From: Acidobacteriota bacterium
GTDB taxonomy: Bacteria > Acidobacteriota > UBA6911 > RPQK01 > JADFOI01
Direction of reading: 5' to 3'
Assembly (NCBI GenBank): GCA_963663035.1
Contig: OY760074.1
Span: forward strand, 2,426,967 to 2,490,966
DNA: 64,000 bases
Positions 9,436 through 19,493 of this stretch are shown in pieces (position 1 is the first letter of the stretch; each line of letters starts with the position of its first letter). The translations under genes and the position numbers were made by a program. Below the pieces are notes generated by a model. It was not told where the DNA came from, searched no databases, and was given only the letters and a program-made list of their open reading frames with translations.

Positions 9436-9516
9436 ACCCCTGACACCTGACAACTGACAGCTGACAGAAGACTCCTGTCTCCTGTCTCCTGCCTCCTGAC
9501 TCCTGACTCCTGCCTT
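9436..9516. repeat. Heptamer repeat arrays: CCTGACA-type x4 followed by TCCTGNC-type x6, forming an imperfect long hairpin between convergent genes
   Basis: acccctgacacctgacaactgacagctgacagaagactcctgtctcctgtctcctgcctcctgactcctgactcctgcc. The two arrays are mutually complementary, so the element could act as a bidirectional terminator. Confidence 0.75.
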
Positions 9517-10467
9517 CTATTCGGTATGAATCAACATCGCCGCCAGAAGGGGAATCATGATCTCGTGATGACCGGTTAGGGCGATTCCCTTCCCTCCCTC
9601 CAGAACGGGCCGTTCCACGACGTTCTTGGTGGGTCGGTAATGCTGAATGAAGTCAAGATTAGCGGTGGTGAAGTTCTTGAGTGGCTGCCCGGCGTTTCGG
9701 ACAAGTGACACGGCTTTCAGGAAAACCTCTGGAAGAATCACGGCAGATCCCAGATTCAAGTAGACTCCCCCCTCGTTGAGAAGCGAGACCTGCTGTGTGA
9801 AGATTCGAAAGTCGATTTGTGAGCTCTTACCCATGGCTTCTCCAGAAGCCTCTGGATGGTTGTGAATAATATCGGTACCGATAGCGATAAGAACCGCCAG
9901 GGGAATGTCCTTCTGATGTGCTTTGAGCAGCAGGGACAGTTCAGGGTACTTGGTATCGTGCTGCTTCATGAACTCGCCCACTGACTCCCCGATACCCTGC
10001 TCCGCCTGGGCTCCTTTGTTGATGGCTTGATTCAGGAGCTCTCCCGTCTCTCGAGCCATTCCAAAGGCTCCCGAGCCCAGTTGCTCCCCGACCTCCTCTG
10101 AGGTAGCACCGCTCAGCGCGATCTCAAAGTCATGAATCATGCCGCTTCCGTTGGTGGCAAGTGCTGTCACAAAGCCTCGCTCCATCAGGTCAAGCAGCAC
10201 GGGCGCCAGTCCAACTTTGACAACATGGCCACCAAACCCCCAGATAATGGCCCGCCCTTCTTCCCGTGCCTTTTGAATCTTTTCCACCAGAGTGCGCAGG
10301 TCATTCGCCCCAAGAAGTTTGGGCAGCGAGGCCGTGAAGGCCGAGAGCGAATCCTCGCTTAAGGGCTGAGCAAAGTGATCGACACTGACCTTGCTGGGAC
10401 GGGATTCAAGCGGATAATCCCTGATCTTTTCGGCCTTGAACTCTTTATACTTGGACATGCCTGGCAA
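9517..10467 (-). CDS. Deoxyhypusine synthase (DS) family-like protein, function unknown
   Basis: [46 protein letters not shown] resembles the DHS-like NAD-binding core (compare VDVLVTTAGGVEEDLIKCL in eukaryotic DHS). The call is weak. Confidence 0.4.
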   Translation of the reverse strand: MPGMSKYKEFKAEKIRDYPLESRPSKVSVDHFAQPLSEDSLSAFTASLPKLLGANDLRTLVEKIQKAREEGRAIIWGFGGHVVKVGLAPVLLDLMERGFVTALATNGSGMIHDFEIALSGATSEEVGEQLGSGAFGMARETGELLNQAINKGAQAEQGIGESVGEFMKQHDTKYPELSLLLKAHQKDIPLAVLIAIGTDIIHNHPEASGEAMGKSSQIDFRIFTQQVSLLNEGGVYLNLGSAVILPEVFLKAVSLVRNAGQPLKNFTTANLDFIQHYRPTKNVVERPVLEGGKGIALTGHHEIMIPLLAAMLIHTE

Positions 10468-13255
10468 GAAGCTCCCCTAAAACTCTTCCTGTCTGCGATT
10501 TTCTTGATGTCACTATTTTCTCGGGAGGACCAACCGCCACAAGTCGGCCACCGGCTGCTCCGCCCTCCGGACCCAGATCAATGATCCAATCAGCGCATTT
10601 GATGACTTCAAGATTGTGTTCGATCACGATCACGGTGTTACCACGATCGACTAGCTGATTGAGTATGTCAAGAAGCTTTTTTACGTCCTCAAAATGGAGT
10701 CCAGTCGTCGGCTCGTCGAGGATATAGAGAGTCTTGCCGGTTGAGCGCTTGCTCAGCTCACGCGAGAGCTTCACTCGCTGAGCTTCCCCACCGGAGAGCG
10801 TGGTGGCCGATTGTCCAAGTTTAACGTAGCCCAGTCCTACGTCCGAAAGAGTTCGCAGCCTTGCCTGGAGGCGAGGGAGGTTCTCAAAAATCGGATAAGC
10901 TTCCTCAATGCTCATCTCGAGAATGTCCGCTATCGAAAATCCTTTGTACTTGATGGAAAGGGTCTCTCGGTTGTAACGGGCACCCTGGCAAGCTTCACAG
11001 GCCACGTAGACATCGGGGAGAAAATTCATCTCAATCTTGCGCAGCCCATCTCCACGGCAAACCTCACAGCGCCCTCCTTTGACATTGAAACTGAAGCGCC
11101 CGGGTTTGTATCCTCGGACTCGAGAATCCGGCAGCAGGGTAAAAAGCTCTCGGATCGGTGTAAAAAGACCTGTATAGGTGGCAGGATTGGAGCGCGGGGT
11201 CCGACCGATAGGGGATTGATCAATCTCAATGACCTTGTCGATCATCTCCACTCCAGAGATTGCTCGATGTAGCCCCGGCTCCAGCAGAGAACGATACAGC
11301 TGGCGCGAGAGGGCACGATAAAGCACGTCATCCACTAACGACGATTTTCCAGACCCGGAAACTCCTGTCACGGCAATCAACATGCCGAGGGGAAAGGTCA
11401 CATCAATCTCGTGAAGATTGTTGTGACGGACACCGAAAAGCTGAATGGCCTCCCCATTTCCCTTGCGACGCTGGGCTGGGACAGAGATCTCCCGACTTCC
11501 ATTCAAATATTGAGCCGTGAGAGACTCCTGCTGCTGTAAGACTCGCGACAAACTGCCCCGGGCCACAACGTGACCTCCGGCATGACCGCCTCCAGGCCCT
11601 AAATCCACCACATAATCGGCGCTTCGAATGGTTTCCTCATCATGTTCAACGACGATGATCGTATTTCCCAGATCACGGAGCTCCTTGAGTGCGCTCAGGA
11701 GTCTTCGAGTGTCCCGCGAGTGGAGTCCGATGGAAGGCTCATCCAGAACGTACAGGACACCTCTCAGGCGGGATCCAATTTGCGTGGCCAGACGAATACG
11801 CTGAGCCTCACCACTGGAGAGAGAGACTGCTTTTCGTTCCAGAGTCAGATAGGAGAGCCCCAAGTTCAACATAAAACGCAAACGATTGCGGATTTCTTCC
11901 AGGATCTGCCCGGCAATGGCTTCTTCCCGAGCGGAAAGCGCAATCCGCTCCACCGCTTTCAGGCAATGATCCAAGGTGAGTTGACAGTAGTCGGAGATTC
12001 CAAGACTGCCAACTTTCACAGCCCGACTTTCGGGGCGCAGACGAGTCCCACTGCAGACATTGCAGGAACCTTCCTTCACAAAAGTCAATAACTGCTGGCG
12101 TCGCTTATCACTACCCGCAGCCTGAACTCTCCGCCTCAGCCAGTGATCCAATCCTTTAAAGCGGGACCTGTAGAGGTGGCCCGCATAACGGAATTGAATG
12201 GGCTTCTCAATTCCCTCTTGAAGGGCCTGAAGGACTTCTTCGGGGTATTTGCAATAGGGAGTGGTGAGTTTAACCTCAAATTTCTCCAGCAAAATTCTGA
12301 GCGACTCCCGGAAAAAGTGATAAAACTCCTTGTCCGACAAAGCGAGCTTCAAGTCCTTCAAAGGTTTTTTCGGGTTTTCGATCAGCCTTTCCAGGTTAAC
12401 GTGAAGCTGGGAACCAAGCCCGTCGCAGCGGGGGCAGGCGCCAAATCGGCTGTTAAAAGAGAAGCTTCGAGGTTCCAGTGTGGGAACGTTAATCCCACAT
12501 TCGATGCAGGCCATGGTTTCTGAAAAGAGCATCTCCGGGCCATTGATCACGGAAACGGTGACCAGTCCCTGGCCCATGCGGACGGCCTGGCGCACGGAGT
12601 TCTCCATTCTATGGCGCACTTCTTCTTCAATGAGGAGCCGGTCCACCACAATGTCGATACTGTGATTTTTCCTTCTATCCAGGGCTGGAGGGTCCTCCAG
12701 AGTGATCAGGGAATCGTCAACACGCGCCCGCACAAATCCTTCCCGGTGATACTTATCGAATAGTTTCTTGAACTCCCCCTTACGCTCCCGGACGACGGGA
12801 GCCATGATGAGCAATCGACTGCTCTTGGGTAATGCGAAGATTTGCTCCACGATCTGATCGACCGATTGCCTCGTGATAGGCCTGCCACAATTGGGACAGT
12901 GTGGGGTTCCGACGCTGGAGAACAGCAGACGCAGATAGTCGTATATTTCCGTGATGGTGCCGACGGTGGAGCGAGCACTCTTGATGGTTGTCTTCTGATC
13001 AATGGAAATGGCCGGAGAAAGTCCTTCGATGGAATCGACATCCGGCTTTTCCATCTGGTCCAAAAACTGGCGTGCGTAGGTAGAGAGCGACTCGATGTAT
13101 CGTCTCTGACCTTCTGCGTAGAGGGTGTCAAAAGCCAGGCTTGATTTTCCGGAACCACTCAAGCCGGTGATGACCGTCAACTGGTTGCGTGGAATCTCTA
13201 GATCGATGTTCTTGAGATTATGCGCGCGGGCACCCCGAATAGAGATATTCTTCAT
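10445..13255 (-). CDS. uvrA: Excinuclease ABC subunit A
   Basis: [58 protein letters not shown]. Two ABC ATPase modules plus zinc fingers, 936 aa. Confidence 0.95.
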   Translation of the reverse strand: MKNISIRGARAHNLKNIDLEIPRNQLTVITGLSGSGKSSLAFDTLYAEGQRRYIESLSTYARQFLDQMEKPDVDSIEGLSPAISIDQKTTIKSARSTVGTITEIYDYLRLLFSSVGTPHCPNCGRPITRQSVDQIVEQIFALPKSSRLLIMAPVVRERKGEFKKLFDKYHREGFVRARVDDSLITLEDPPALDRRKNHSIDIVVDRLLIEEEVRHRMENSVRQAVRMGQGLVTVSVINGPEMLFSETMACIECGINVPTLEPRSFSFNSRFGACPRCDGLGSQLHVNLERLIENPKKPLKDLKLALSDKEFYHFFRESLRILLEKFEVKLTTPYCKYPEEVLQALQEGIEKPIQFRYAGHLYRSRFKGLDHWLRRRVQAAGSDKRRQQLLTFVKEGSCNVCSGTRLRPESRAVKVGSLGISDYCQLTLDHCLKAVERIALSAREEAIAGQILEEIRNRLRFMLNLGLSYLTLERKAVSLSSGEAQRIRLATQIGSRLRGVLYVLDEPSIGLHSRDTRRLLSALKELRDLGNTIIVVEHDEETIRSADYVVDLGPGGGHAGGHVVARGSLSRVLQQQESLTAQYLNGSREISVPAQRRKGNGEAIQLFGVRHNNLHEIDVTFPLGMLIAVTGVSGSGKSSLVDDVLYRALSRQLYRSLLEPGLHRAISGVEMIDKVIEIDQSPIGRTPRSNPATYTGLFTPIRELFTLLPDSRVRGYKPGRFSFNVKGGRCEVCRGDGLRKIEMNFLPDVYVACEACQGARYNRETLSIKYKGFSIADILEMSIEEAYPIFENLPRLQARLRTLSDVGLGYVKLGQSATTLSGGEAQRVKLSRELSKRSTGKTLYILDEPTTGLHFEDVKKLLDILNQLVDRGNTVIVIEHNLEVIKCADWIIDLGPEGGAAGGRLVAVGPPEKIVTSRKSQTGRVLGELLARHVQV

Positions 13256-13308
13256 GGGTCAAACCTTCTATTGTCGGGGAGTTGAGAATCAAGGTCAAGA
13301 CGAGGGAT

Positions 13309-13447
13309 GGGCCCGCAGGCTAAAGCCTGCGGCTCTGATCGGAGCCAGCGAGGATCAGTCAGAGCCGTGGGCTTTAGCCCACGGGCCAGAGGGGCCGGAG
13401 GAAGCTCTGCCCGGGCCCGCAGGCTAAAGCCTGCGGCTCTGATCGGA
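13309..13447. repeat. REP-like element: two direct copies of a 35-bp hairpin repeat (13309-13343 and 13413-13447) flanking a second hairpin
   Basis: The repeat is gggcccgcaggctaaagcctgcggctctgatcgga (stem gcaggc/gcctgc). The second hairpin is gccgtgggctttagcccacgggc. The element lies downstream of the protease gene and upstream of uvrA. Confidence 0.6.
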
Positions 13448-13463
13448 GGTGGCACCCGAGACT

Positions 13464-14891
13464 CTACTGGAAGGCGACTTTCCGGGTGAGAAGGCGGCCA
13501 TTTCTGACAAATTGGATGACCGTCACCCCGTCTGTGACCTGCTCCAGGCTCTCTCGCATATCGAGGTGGGAGGTGACATTTTGGCCATTGACCTGAGTCA
13601 GGACATCGCCGGCTTGAAATCCGACCTTGCTGGCCAGGCTGTCGGGTAATACGGTTCTAATGAGAAGGCCCTGATCCGTGGGACACTTGAAGTATTTCGC
13701 CAACTGCGGCGTCAGCGGATCAACCACCAGTCCCAGATCCAGCTGGGGAGGTAACACTATCCGGTAGATCTTGACTTGTTCTTCTGGTCTCTCATTTTGG
13801 TTCCACGAGGAAGGAACCTCCAAACGCCACGAAACGACCGGGCCTCTGTCCTGGCGTTCGGTCAACACGGTAGAAATTTCGTGGAGCCGCCCATCGCGAA
13901 GAACTGACAAATCCAGGGTATTTCCTGAGCCTTTCCAGCGAATCGCCTGGGCCAGATCACTCCGACTGAGGACCGGCTGGTCATCGACCCGCACAATCAC
14001 ATCACCACTTTGCAGTCCGGCCTTGTCTGCAGGACTTTCAGGGATCACTTTGTCAACACGCAACGCAGAAACATCAGGATCAGGCATGATACCCAACCAT
14101 CCAGCTCTGATGTTTTTCCTTTCTTCGATAATCCGCTTGACCGAGGTGCTCAGGACCTGCGACGGCAACACCCTCCAAACCTGGAGCCTCTCGCTGAAAA
14201 GATGGGGATGACCCCGCTTCATGATCGCTACCAGCCGATCCTCTTCGTCCAGTACAAAGCCACCCTCCACGGTGTATGGGGCCGACCTCTGACCAGTAGG
14301 CACAATCTGCAGTTCTCGCTCGGGAAGTAATTGATGCCCGCTGACCTTGACTACGGTAGGGGAGGTAATCCTCCAGTCTTCCCCATTCAGGGAAACGACT
14401 CGGAGTCCAGTCTCCTTGAGAGCCGAACCAAATGCCAGAGCGTGTCCTTCAAGGGCTGGAGACTGCAGAACCACCACGGCAATCCGCTCGTCTACTCCAA
14501 TGAGCCGGGCGGAATGTTCCTTCCCATCAAAGGTTGTTACCGACACACGAGCTCCTGGCACACTCAGCTCCGGCCAGTAACTCCCCACATAGGACATAAT
14601 GTACCCGCCAGAATCGATGATCACGCCCTGCAGTTCCGCCATTTCATGAACGTGAACTTGAGGAAGATAGCGGCTTCCATGGACAACTCCGGAAAACTCA
14701 CGATCCAGATAAACCTTGACCAGTGAGCGTCGAAGATCCTTTTGCGCTTGAAGAGGGACCAATGAGCAGACCACCAAGAGGGCTACTGAAAAGAAGAACC
14801 AGCGAAAAGAATTCAGCGAGAACCTCTTCTTTCCGGGTGCGAAACACTCTTGCGTCTGCTCAGTAGCTAGCATGTTCCAGGTAAAAATCAT
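13464..14891 (-). CDS. Periplasmic HtrA/DegP-like protein with two PDZ domains; the protease domain may be degenerate
   Basis: Signal/TM segment FFSVALLVVCSLVPLQA and two PDZ motifs (PESPADKAGLQSGDVIVRVDD; SLASKVGFQAGDVLTQVNG). It sits immediately downstream of an ECF sigma/anti-sigma pair, in an rpoE-rseA-degP-like arrangement. Confidence 0.6.
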   Translation of the reverse strand: MIFTWNMLATEQTQECFAPGKKRFSLNSFRWFFFSVALLVVCSLVPLQAQKDLRRSLVKVYLDREFSGVVHGSRYLPQVHVHEMAELQGVIIDSGGYIMSYVGSYWPELSVPGARVSVTTFDGKEHSARLIGVDERIAVVVLQSPALEGHALAFGSALKETGLRVVSLNGEDWRITSPTVVKVSGHQLLPERELQIVPTGQRSAPYTVEGGFVLDEEDRLVAIMKRGHPHLFSERLQVWRVLPSQVLSTSVKRIIEERKNIRAGWLGIMPDPDVSALRVDKVIPESPADKAGLQSGDVIVRVDDQPVLSRSDLAQAIRWKGSGNTLDLSVLRDGRLHEISTVLTERQDRGPVVSWRLEVPSSWNQNERPEEQVKIYRIVLPPQLDLGLVVDPLTPQLAKYFKCPTDQGLLIRTVLPDSLASKVGFQAGDVLTQVNGQNVTSHLDMRESLEQVTDGVTVIQFVRNGRLLTRKVAFQ

Positions 14892-15396
14892 GGTGTAATT
14901 GGTTTGTCCTGATCTTGATTCGGGAGGGCAACCGCAAGATATACTCTGGTTGAGAGGGGCTGCTCAAAATCACCTCCACATAAGGAGAAGGAGCTTCGCC
15001 GGGTTCCACCCGTCCCGAAGCATTCACCAGACTCCCTGACCCGGACTCATCCTCTTGAACGATGGGGCGGGAAGCCAACACCGGCTCGCCTGTCGTCTGA
15101 ACTACCCTCACCCAGAGGAAGCCCGTCGAGATCAAAATCAGCAACCCGACAACAAAAACGGGTCTCCAAAAGACTTGCCAACCCGAGGACTCCGCCAACC
15201 TCTGATGAACCCGTGAAGAGAAGTCGGAGGGAGCTTCCACCGTCTCTCCCAGGAAACGACTGATCTCTTCCATTGACAGAAAGTCTCGGTAAAGCTTTTC
15301 ACACTCACCGCAGCACCGGATGTGGTCTTGCACTTCGGCCCGTTCGACCGCCCTGATGTCTTCTGCGAGTATCACTTCAACCTGTTTACAGGTCAT
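14860..15396 (-). CDS. Anti-sigma factor (zinc-finger, single TM)
   Basis: HIRCCGECEKLYRDF zinc-finger motif, a TM helix VFVVGLLILISTGFLWV, and a 4-bp overlap with the sigma factor gene. Confidence 0.65.
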   Translation of the reverse strand: MTCKQVEVILAEDIRAVERAEVQDHIRCCGECEKLYRDFLSMEEISRFLGETVEAPSDFSSRVHQRLAESSGWQVFWRPVFVVGLLILISTGFLWVRVVQTTGEPVLASRPIVQEDESGSGSLVNASGRVEPGEAPSPYVEVILSSPSQPEYILRLPSRIKIRTNQLHHDFYLEHASY

Positions 15397-15995
15397 AAGA
15401 CCCCCGCCAGCTTTTCCCTCAGCAACATCTTGGCTCGGTGAACACGTGACTTCACGGTCCCCAGCGAGATGCTGAGGATCTTGCTGAGCTCTAGATAAGA
15501 AAGCTCCTGGACTTCCTTGAGGATAAAGGCGAACCGATATTTCTTGGGGAGTGAATCGATGGCTTTCTGCAGTCGCTCCAACTTCTCATCCCGGGCCAGA
15601 ATTTTCTCCGGTGAACAGCGAAGATCGGGCAAGCGATGGGTCTCGTCCCCTTCCTGAAACCGCCCGGTGACGTTGTAAAAAAAGAAGCGACCCTTGCGCT
15701 CACGTCGTCTGATTTCGTCGATGGCCAGATTGGTGGCAATCCGGTACAGCCAGGTGGAAAATTGATACTGTCCCTTATAGCGATAGGCATTCCGATAGAC
15801 CCGGATGAAAGCCTCTTGTGCCAGATCCACTGCCATATCGTAGTCGTGAATGAGCCGGCTCAAGTAGTTCACCAATTTATCCTGATAACGGCTGACCAGA
15901 ACCTCAAAGGCGTATTCGTTGCCTTTCAGGTAAGCGGAAATAAGCGCCTTATCTGCGCTTCTCGAAATGGGCTCTGAAATAGCTATCTCAGTCAT
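15393..15995 (-). CDS. ECF sigma factor
   Basis: Region 2 (AVDLAQEAFIRVYRN...FSTWLYRIATN) and region 4 (LSYLELSKILSISLGTVKSRVHRAKMLLREKL). Confidence 0.85.
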   Translation of the reverse strand: MTEIAISEPISRSADKALISAYLKGNEYAFEVLVSRYQDKLVNYLSRLIHDYDMAVDLAQEAFIRVYRNAYRYKGQYQFSTWLYRIATNLAIDEIRRRERKGRFFFYNVTGRFQEGDETHRLPDLRCSPEKILARDEKLERLQKAIDSLPKKYRFAFILKEVQELSYLELSKILSISLGTVKSRVHRAKMLLREKLAGVL

Positions 15996-16070
15996 GCTGT
16001 AGTGAAGTCACTTTCCACACATTCTCTCTTGTGTAAACGAAAAATGCGACCTTTTGTTCCGGAAAAGATG

Positions 16071-18725
16071 CTATTTCGCCTCCAACCAGGAGGGTCCTAC
16101 CGCCAGATCGACCTGCAGTGGCACCCTCAATTCGGCCGCTCCTTCCATTTTTTCTTTCACCAGCTTCTTCATCTGTTCGACTTCCGAGTCTTCCACTTCG
16201 AAAACGAGTTCATCATGGACCTGAGAGATGAGTTTGCTCTTGAGCTTTTGCCGGGAAAGCTCCCGGTCGAGAGAAACCATAGCTTTTTTAATGAGATCGG
16301 CCGCCGTTCCTTGAATGGGAGCATTGACGGCTGTTCTTTCAGCGAAACTTCTCAGATTCCGGTTTTTGCTGCGAATTTCAGGGATCTGCCGAATTCGTCC
16401 AAAAAGCGTCTTCACATATCCTTTCTCGTTCACTTCTTCCAGGGTACGATCAATCCAGGTTCTCACTCCCTGGTACTTCTTGAAATAACTATCGATAAAC
16501 TGCTGTGCCTCCTTACGGTCGATTTTCAGGCTTTGGGCCAGACCAAAGGCACTCAGGCCGTAAATGATCCCGAAGTTGATGACCTTGGCATGGCGGCGAA
16601 ACTCCTGGGAATTCATCATGGCATTCATCCCGAAGACTTCCCGAGCAGTTCTCTCATGGATATCTTCTCCTTCTAAAAAAGCCTTCACCAGGACCGGATC
16701 CTGTGAAAGATGAGCCATGACTCGAAGCTCTATTTGAGAATAGTCAGCCGCCAGGATCTGGTATCCGGGCTCTGCAATAAAGGCCAGGCGGATCTTTCTT
16801 CCCAGCTGGCTCCTAATGGGAATGTTCTGCAAATTCGGATTGCTGGAGGAAAGCCGTCCGGTCGCCGCCACCATCTGATTGTAAGAAGTGTGGATACGTC
16901 CCGTGTGAGAACTCACCAACTTTGGCAGTGCATCCAGGTAGGTATTCTTCAACTTGCTCAGCTCCCGGTAATCAAGAATCAGGCGGGCGATCTCATAGGT
17001 TTCAGCCAGCCCCTCCAGAACCTCCACACCTGTGGCATAGTGGCCCCCCTTGCTCGTCTTCCTGGCCACCGGCAGATGGAGTTTTTCGAACAAAACGGTG
17101 GAAAGTTGGCGGGGGGAGTTCAGATTGAACTCCTCATCAGCGATCTCGTAAATCTCTCGGGTTAATCGACTGATTTCCCCTTCCATCTCCTGGGACATTT
17201 GCTCGAGCAAATCACAGTTCACCTTGACCCCGTGCTCTTCCATGCGAGCGAGCACTGGGACCAGTGGTATCTCGACTTCCTCCAGCAATGGCTCCAGATC
17301 TTTTTCCCGAATTAGAGGGCTCAATACATCGTAGAGTTGAAAAGTGACGTCGGCCTGCTCACACAGCACCTCCACCACTTGCTCAGCGAAGAGCCCCTCG
17401 TCATCGCTCTCTGCTTTCTGAAGCTTGTGCTGCAGATAGTCCAGACCCAACTGAGCCAGGGAAAAATCCTTCTGATTGGGCTTCACAAGATAAGCCATCA
17501 ACATGGTGTCCTGAGTATTTTCCTTGAGTTTCCACCCCTGGCGTTTGGCAAAAAAACAGAGTGGTTTGAGATCGTGGATCACCCACTGTTCGGGCCGCTC
17601 AAACAACTGCCTCACCTCATCCGATTCCGCCTTCCACAACTCCTTCGGGAGATACCAGGCCCGGCCGGCCTCATCCGTCACCGACAGGGCCTGCAGTGCT
17701 CCCTCCCGATAGCTACCAGACGGATACAACAAGGCCAGGGCCGCCCTGCTCCCTGTGATGCGGTCTCCCAAAGCCTTCAGATCCTCCCGAGTCTCGAGTC
17801 TCCGGTAGTTCACCGAGGCTGCTTCTTGAGGGGGAATCAATTCTTCCAGAAGATTTGTGAACTCCAGTTCAACAAACAGATCTCGGGCCGCTTCACGATC
17901 GGGTTCCGATACCTTCATCTCGGGCAGACTCAGCTCCAGTGGCAAGTCCTGATGAATGGTCACAAGTTGGCAGCTGAGCTGAATAAGAGGCTCATTTTGC
18001 TGTAAACTCTCACGATAGGACTTGCGTGAAACCTCGTCACGACGGGCCAGCAGCTGAGTGAGGCTCCCATATTGTTTGATGAGGTCCCGAGCACCCTTTT
18101 GACCAATGCCGGGAGCTCCAGGGATATTGTCTGAAGCGTCTCCAACAAGACTGAGGACATCCACCACCATTTGAGGCGGCACCCCAAATTTCTCCTCGAC
18201 TCCCTTGGAATCAAGGCGAGTCGAGCTTCGCGTGTCCAGAACCGCGACGTGATCATTGACCAGTTGAAACATGTCCTTGTCGATGGTCACGATGACCACC
18301 TCCAGACCCTCCTTCACTGCTTTGCGAGCCAAGGTTCCGATCACGTCGTCTGCCTCGTACTGTTCATGGGAACGTACCGGGATACGAAGCACCTCACAGA
18401 CTCGCAGAATCAAGGGAAGCTGTTTGACCAGATCTTCAGGCATGGCGGGACGAGTGGCCTTGTATTCCTTGTACTGCAGGTGGCGTACTGTGGGGCCGAA
18501 TAGATCGATGGCGACCCCCAGATAGTCAGGCTCTTCCTCTTTGATCAATTTCCGCAGCATGTTGACAAACCCATAGACAGCATTGGTGGGAAGGCCCTCA
18601 GCATTGGTGAGGGGGGGGATGGCATGGTAAGCCCGGTAAATGTGGGACATGCCGTCTACCAGGTAAAGTTTGGCTGCCACGCGGGGTATGTTAGCACGTT
18701 GAATCCGGAGGGGAAGCGCTCCCAA
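16071..18725 (-). CDS. polA: DNA polymerase I
   Basis: 5'-3' exonuclease, 3'-5' exonuclease and polymerase domains (QVHDELVFEV motif C region). The true start may be the GTG near 18680 (VAAKLYLVDG). Confidence 0.93.
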   Translation of the reverse strand: MGALPLRIQRANIPRVAAKLYLVDGMSHIYRAYHAIPPLTNAEGLPTNAVYGFVNMLRKLIKEEEPDYLGVAIDLFGPTVRHLQYKEYKATRPAMPEDLVKQLPLILRVCEVLRIPVRSHEQYEADDVIGTLARKAVKEGLEVVIVTIDKDMFQLVNDHVAVLDTRSSTRLDSKGVEEKFGVPPQMVVDVLSLVGDASDNIPGAPGIGQKGARDLIKQYGSLTQLLARRDEVSRKSYRESLQQNEPLIQLSCQLVTIHQDLPLELSLPEMKVSEPDREAARDLFVELEFTNLLEELIPPQEAASVNYRRLETREDLKALGDRITGSRAALALLYPSGSYREGALQALSVTDEAGRAWYLPKELWKAESDEVRQLFERPEQWVIHDLKPLCFFAKRQGWKLKENTQDTMLMAYLVKPNQKDFSLAQLGLDYLQHKLQKAESDDEGLFAEQVVEVLCEQADVTFQLYDVLSPLIREKDLEPLLEEVEIPLVPVLARMEEHGVKVNCDLLEQMSQEMEGEISRLTREIYEIADEEFNLNSPRQLSTVLFEKLHLPVARKTSKGGHYATGVEVLEGLAETYEIARLILDYRELSKLKNTYLDALPKLVSSHTGRIHTSYNQMVAATGRLSSSNPNLQNIPIRSQLGRKIRLAFIAEPGYQILAADYSQIELRVMAHLSQDPVLVKAFLEGEDIHERTAREVFGMNAMMNSQEFRRHAKVINFGIIYGLSAFGLAQSLKIDRKEAQQFIDSYFKKYQGVRTWIDRTLEEVNEKGYVKTLFGRIRQIPEIRSKNRNLRSFAERTAVNAPIQGTAADLIKKAMVSLDRELSRQKLKSKLISQVHDELVFEVEDSEVEQMKKLVKEKMEGAAELRVPLQVDLAVGPSWLEAK

Positions 18726-18770
18726 TAAACATCATTGTATTTATGGAAGTGAGCACTTAGCATTAGCCAA

Positions 18771-19493
18771 GTGTCTTCCCTGGTAAAAATCAATGCCGTC
18801 TGGCGTGTCCCCTTGGTTTTGCTGTGGACCGCTGTAATGGCCACTCTTAGTGTGGCTTTTTCCGTGGTGGATCCGACAGGAGGCCGACAGCACTGGTGTG
18901 CCCACACCTGGAGCCGCTTTATCTTCTTCGTGTCTCGAGTAAAGGTCGAGATTCAGGGTCTGGAAGGGTTGGATCGCCACCGAGGATACGTCTTTGCGGC
19001 CAATCACCTGAGCATCTTTGACCACTGGGCTTTCCTGGCCCATCTACCTTTTCAGTTTGGCTTTGTGGCCAAGGCCTCTTTGTTTCGATTACCCTTCTTA
19101 GGCTGGCATCTGCACCGCTCGGGCTATCTTGCCATCGGCCGTCACAACCACAGAGAGACCTTGCGGGTGTTTCGCTCCGCTGCAAAGAGGATCCGGACCG
19201 GAATGTCCTATGTGATCTATCCGGAAGGGGCGCGGACGTGGGGTGAGACGGTCGGTCCCTTCAAGCGAGGAAGTCTGCTGTTGGCCCGCTACGCTAAAGC
19301 TCCCATCGTTCCAGTGACTTTTATCGGGGCCCATCGCCGCCTGCTGCGGGGTTCTGTACTGCTCACTCCGGGGACGATGCAGATGATCATCCATTCTCCT
19401 ATCGAGTTTGAGGAGTACAAAGACTTTGACTCGAAAACTCTTGCCAAAACGGTGCGAGAGAGGATTATGGAGAATTACCAACAGGTGACCTGA
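18771..19493 (+). CDS. plsC: 1-acyl-sn-glycerol-3-phosphate acyltransferase
   Basis: NHLSIFD (HxxxxD) and YPEGART motifs of the LPLAT family. The start is ambiguous: GTG at 18771 or ATG at 18837. Confidence 0.75.
   Translation: MSSLVKINAVWRVPLVLLWTAVMATLSVAFSVVDPTGGRQHWCAHTWSRFIFFVSRVKVEIQGLEGLDRHRGYVFAANHLSIFDHWAFLAHLPFQFGFVAKASLFRLPFLGWHLHRSGYLAIGRHNHRETLRVFRSAAKRIRTGMSYVIYPEGARTWGETVGPFKRGSLLLARYAKAPIVPVTFIGAHRRLLRGSVLLTPGTMQMIIHSPIEFEEYKDFDSKTLAKTVRERIMENYQQVT

Noticed and set aside
13252-13455. ORF 13252..13455 (-) and ORF 13307..13489 (+)
   Set aside because: They lie across the REP-like repeat region and are composed of repeat-derived sequence.
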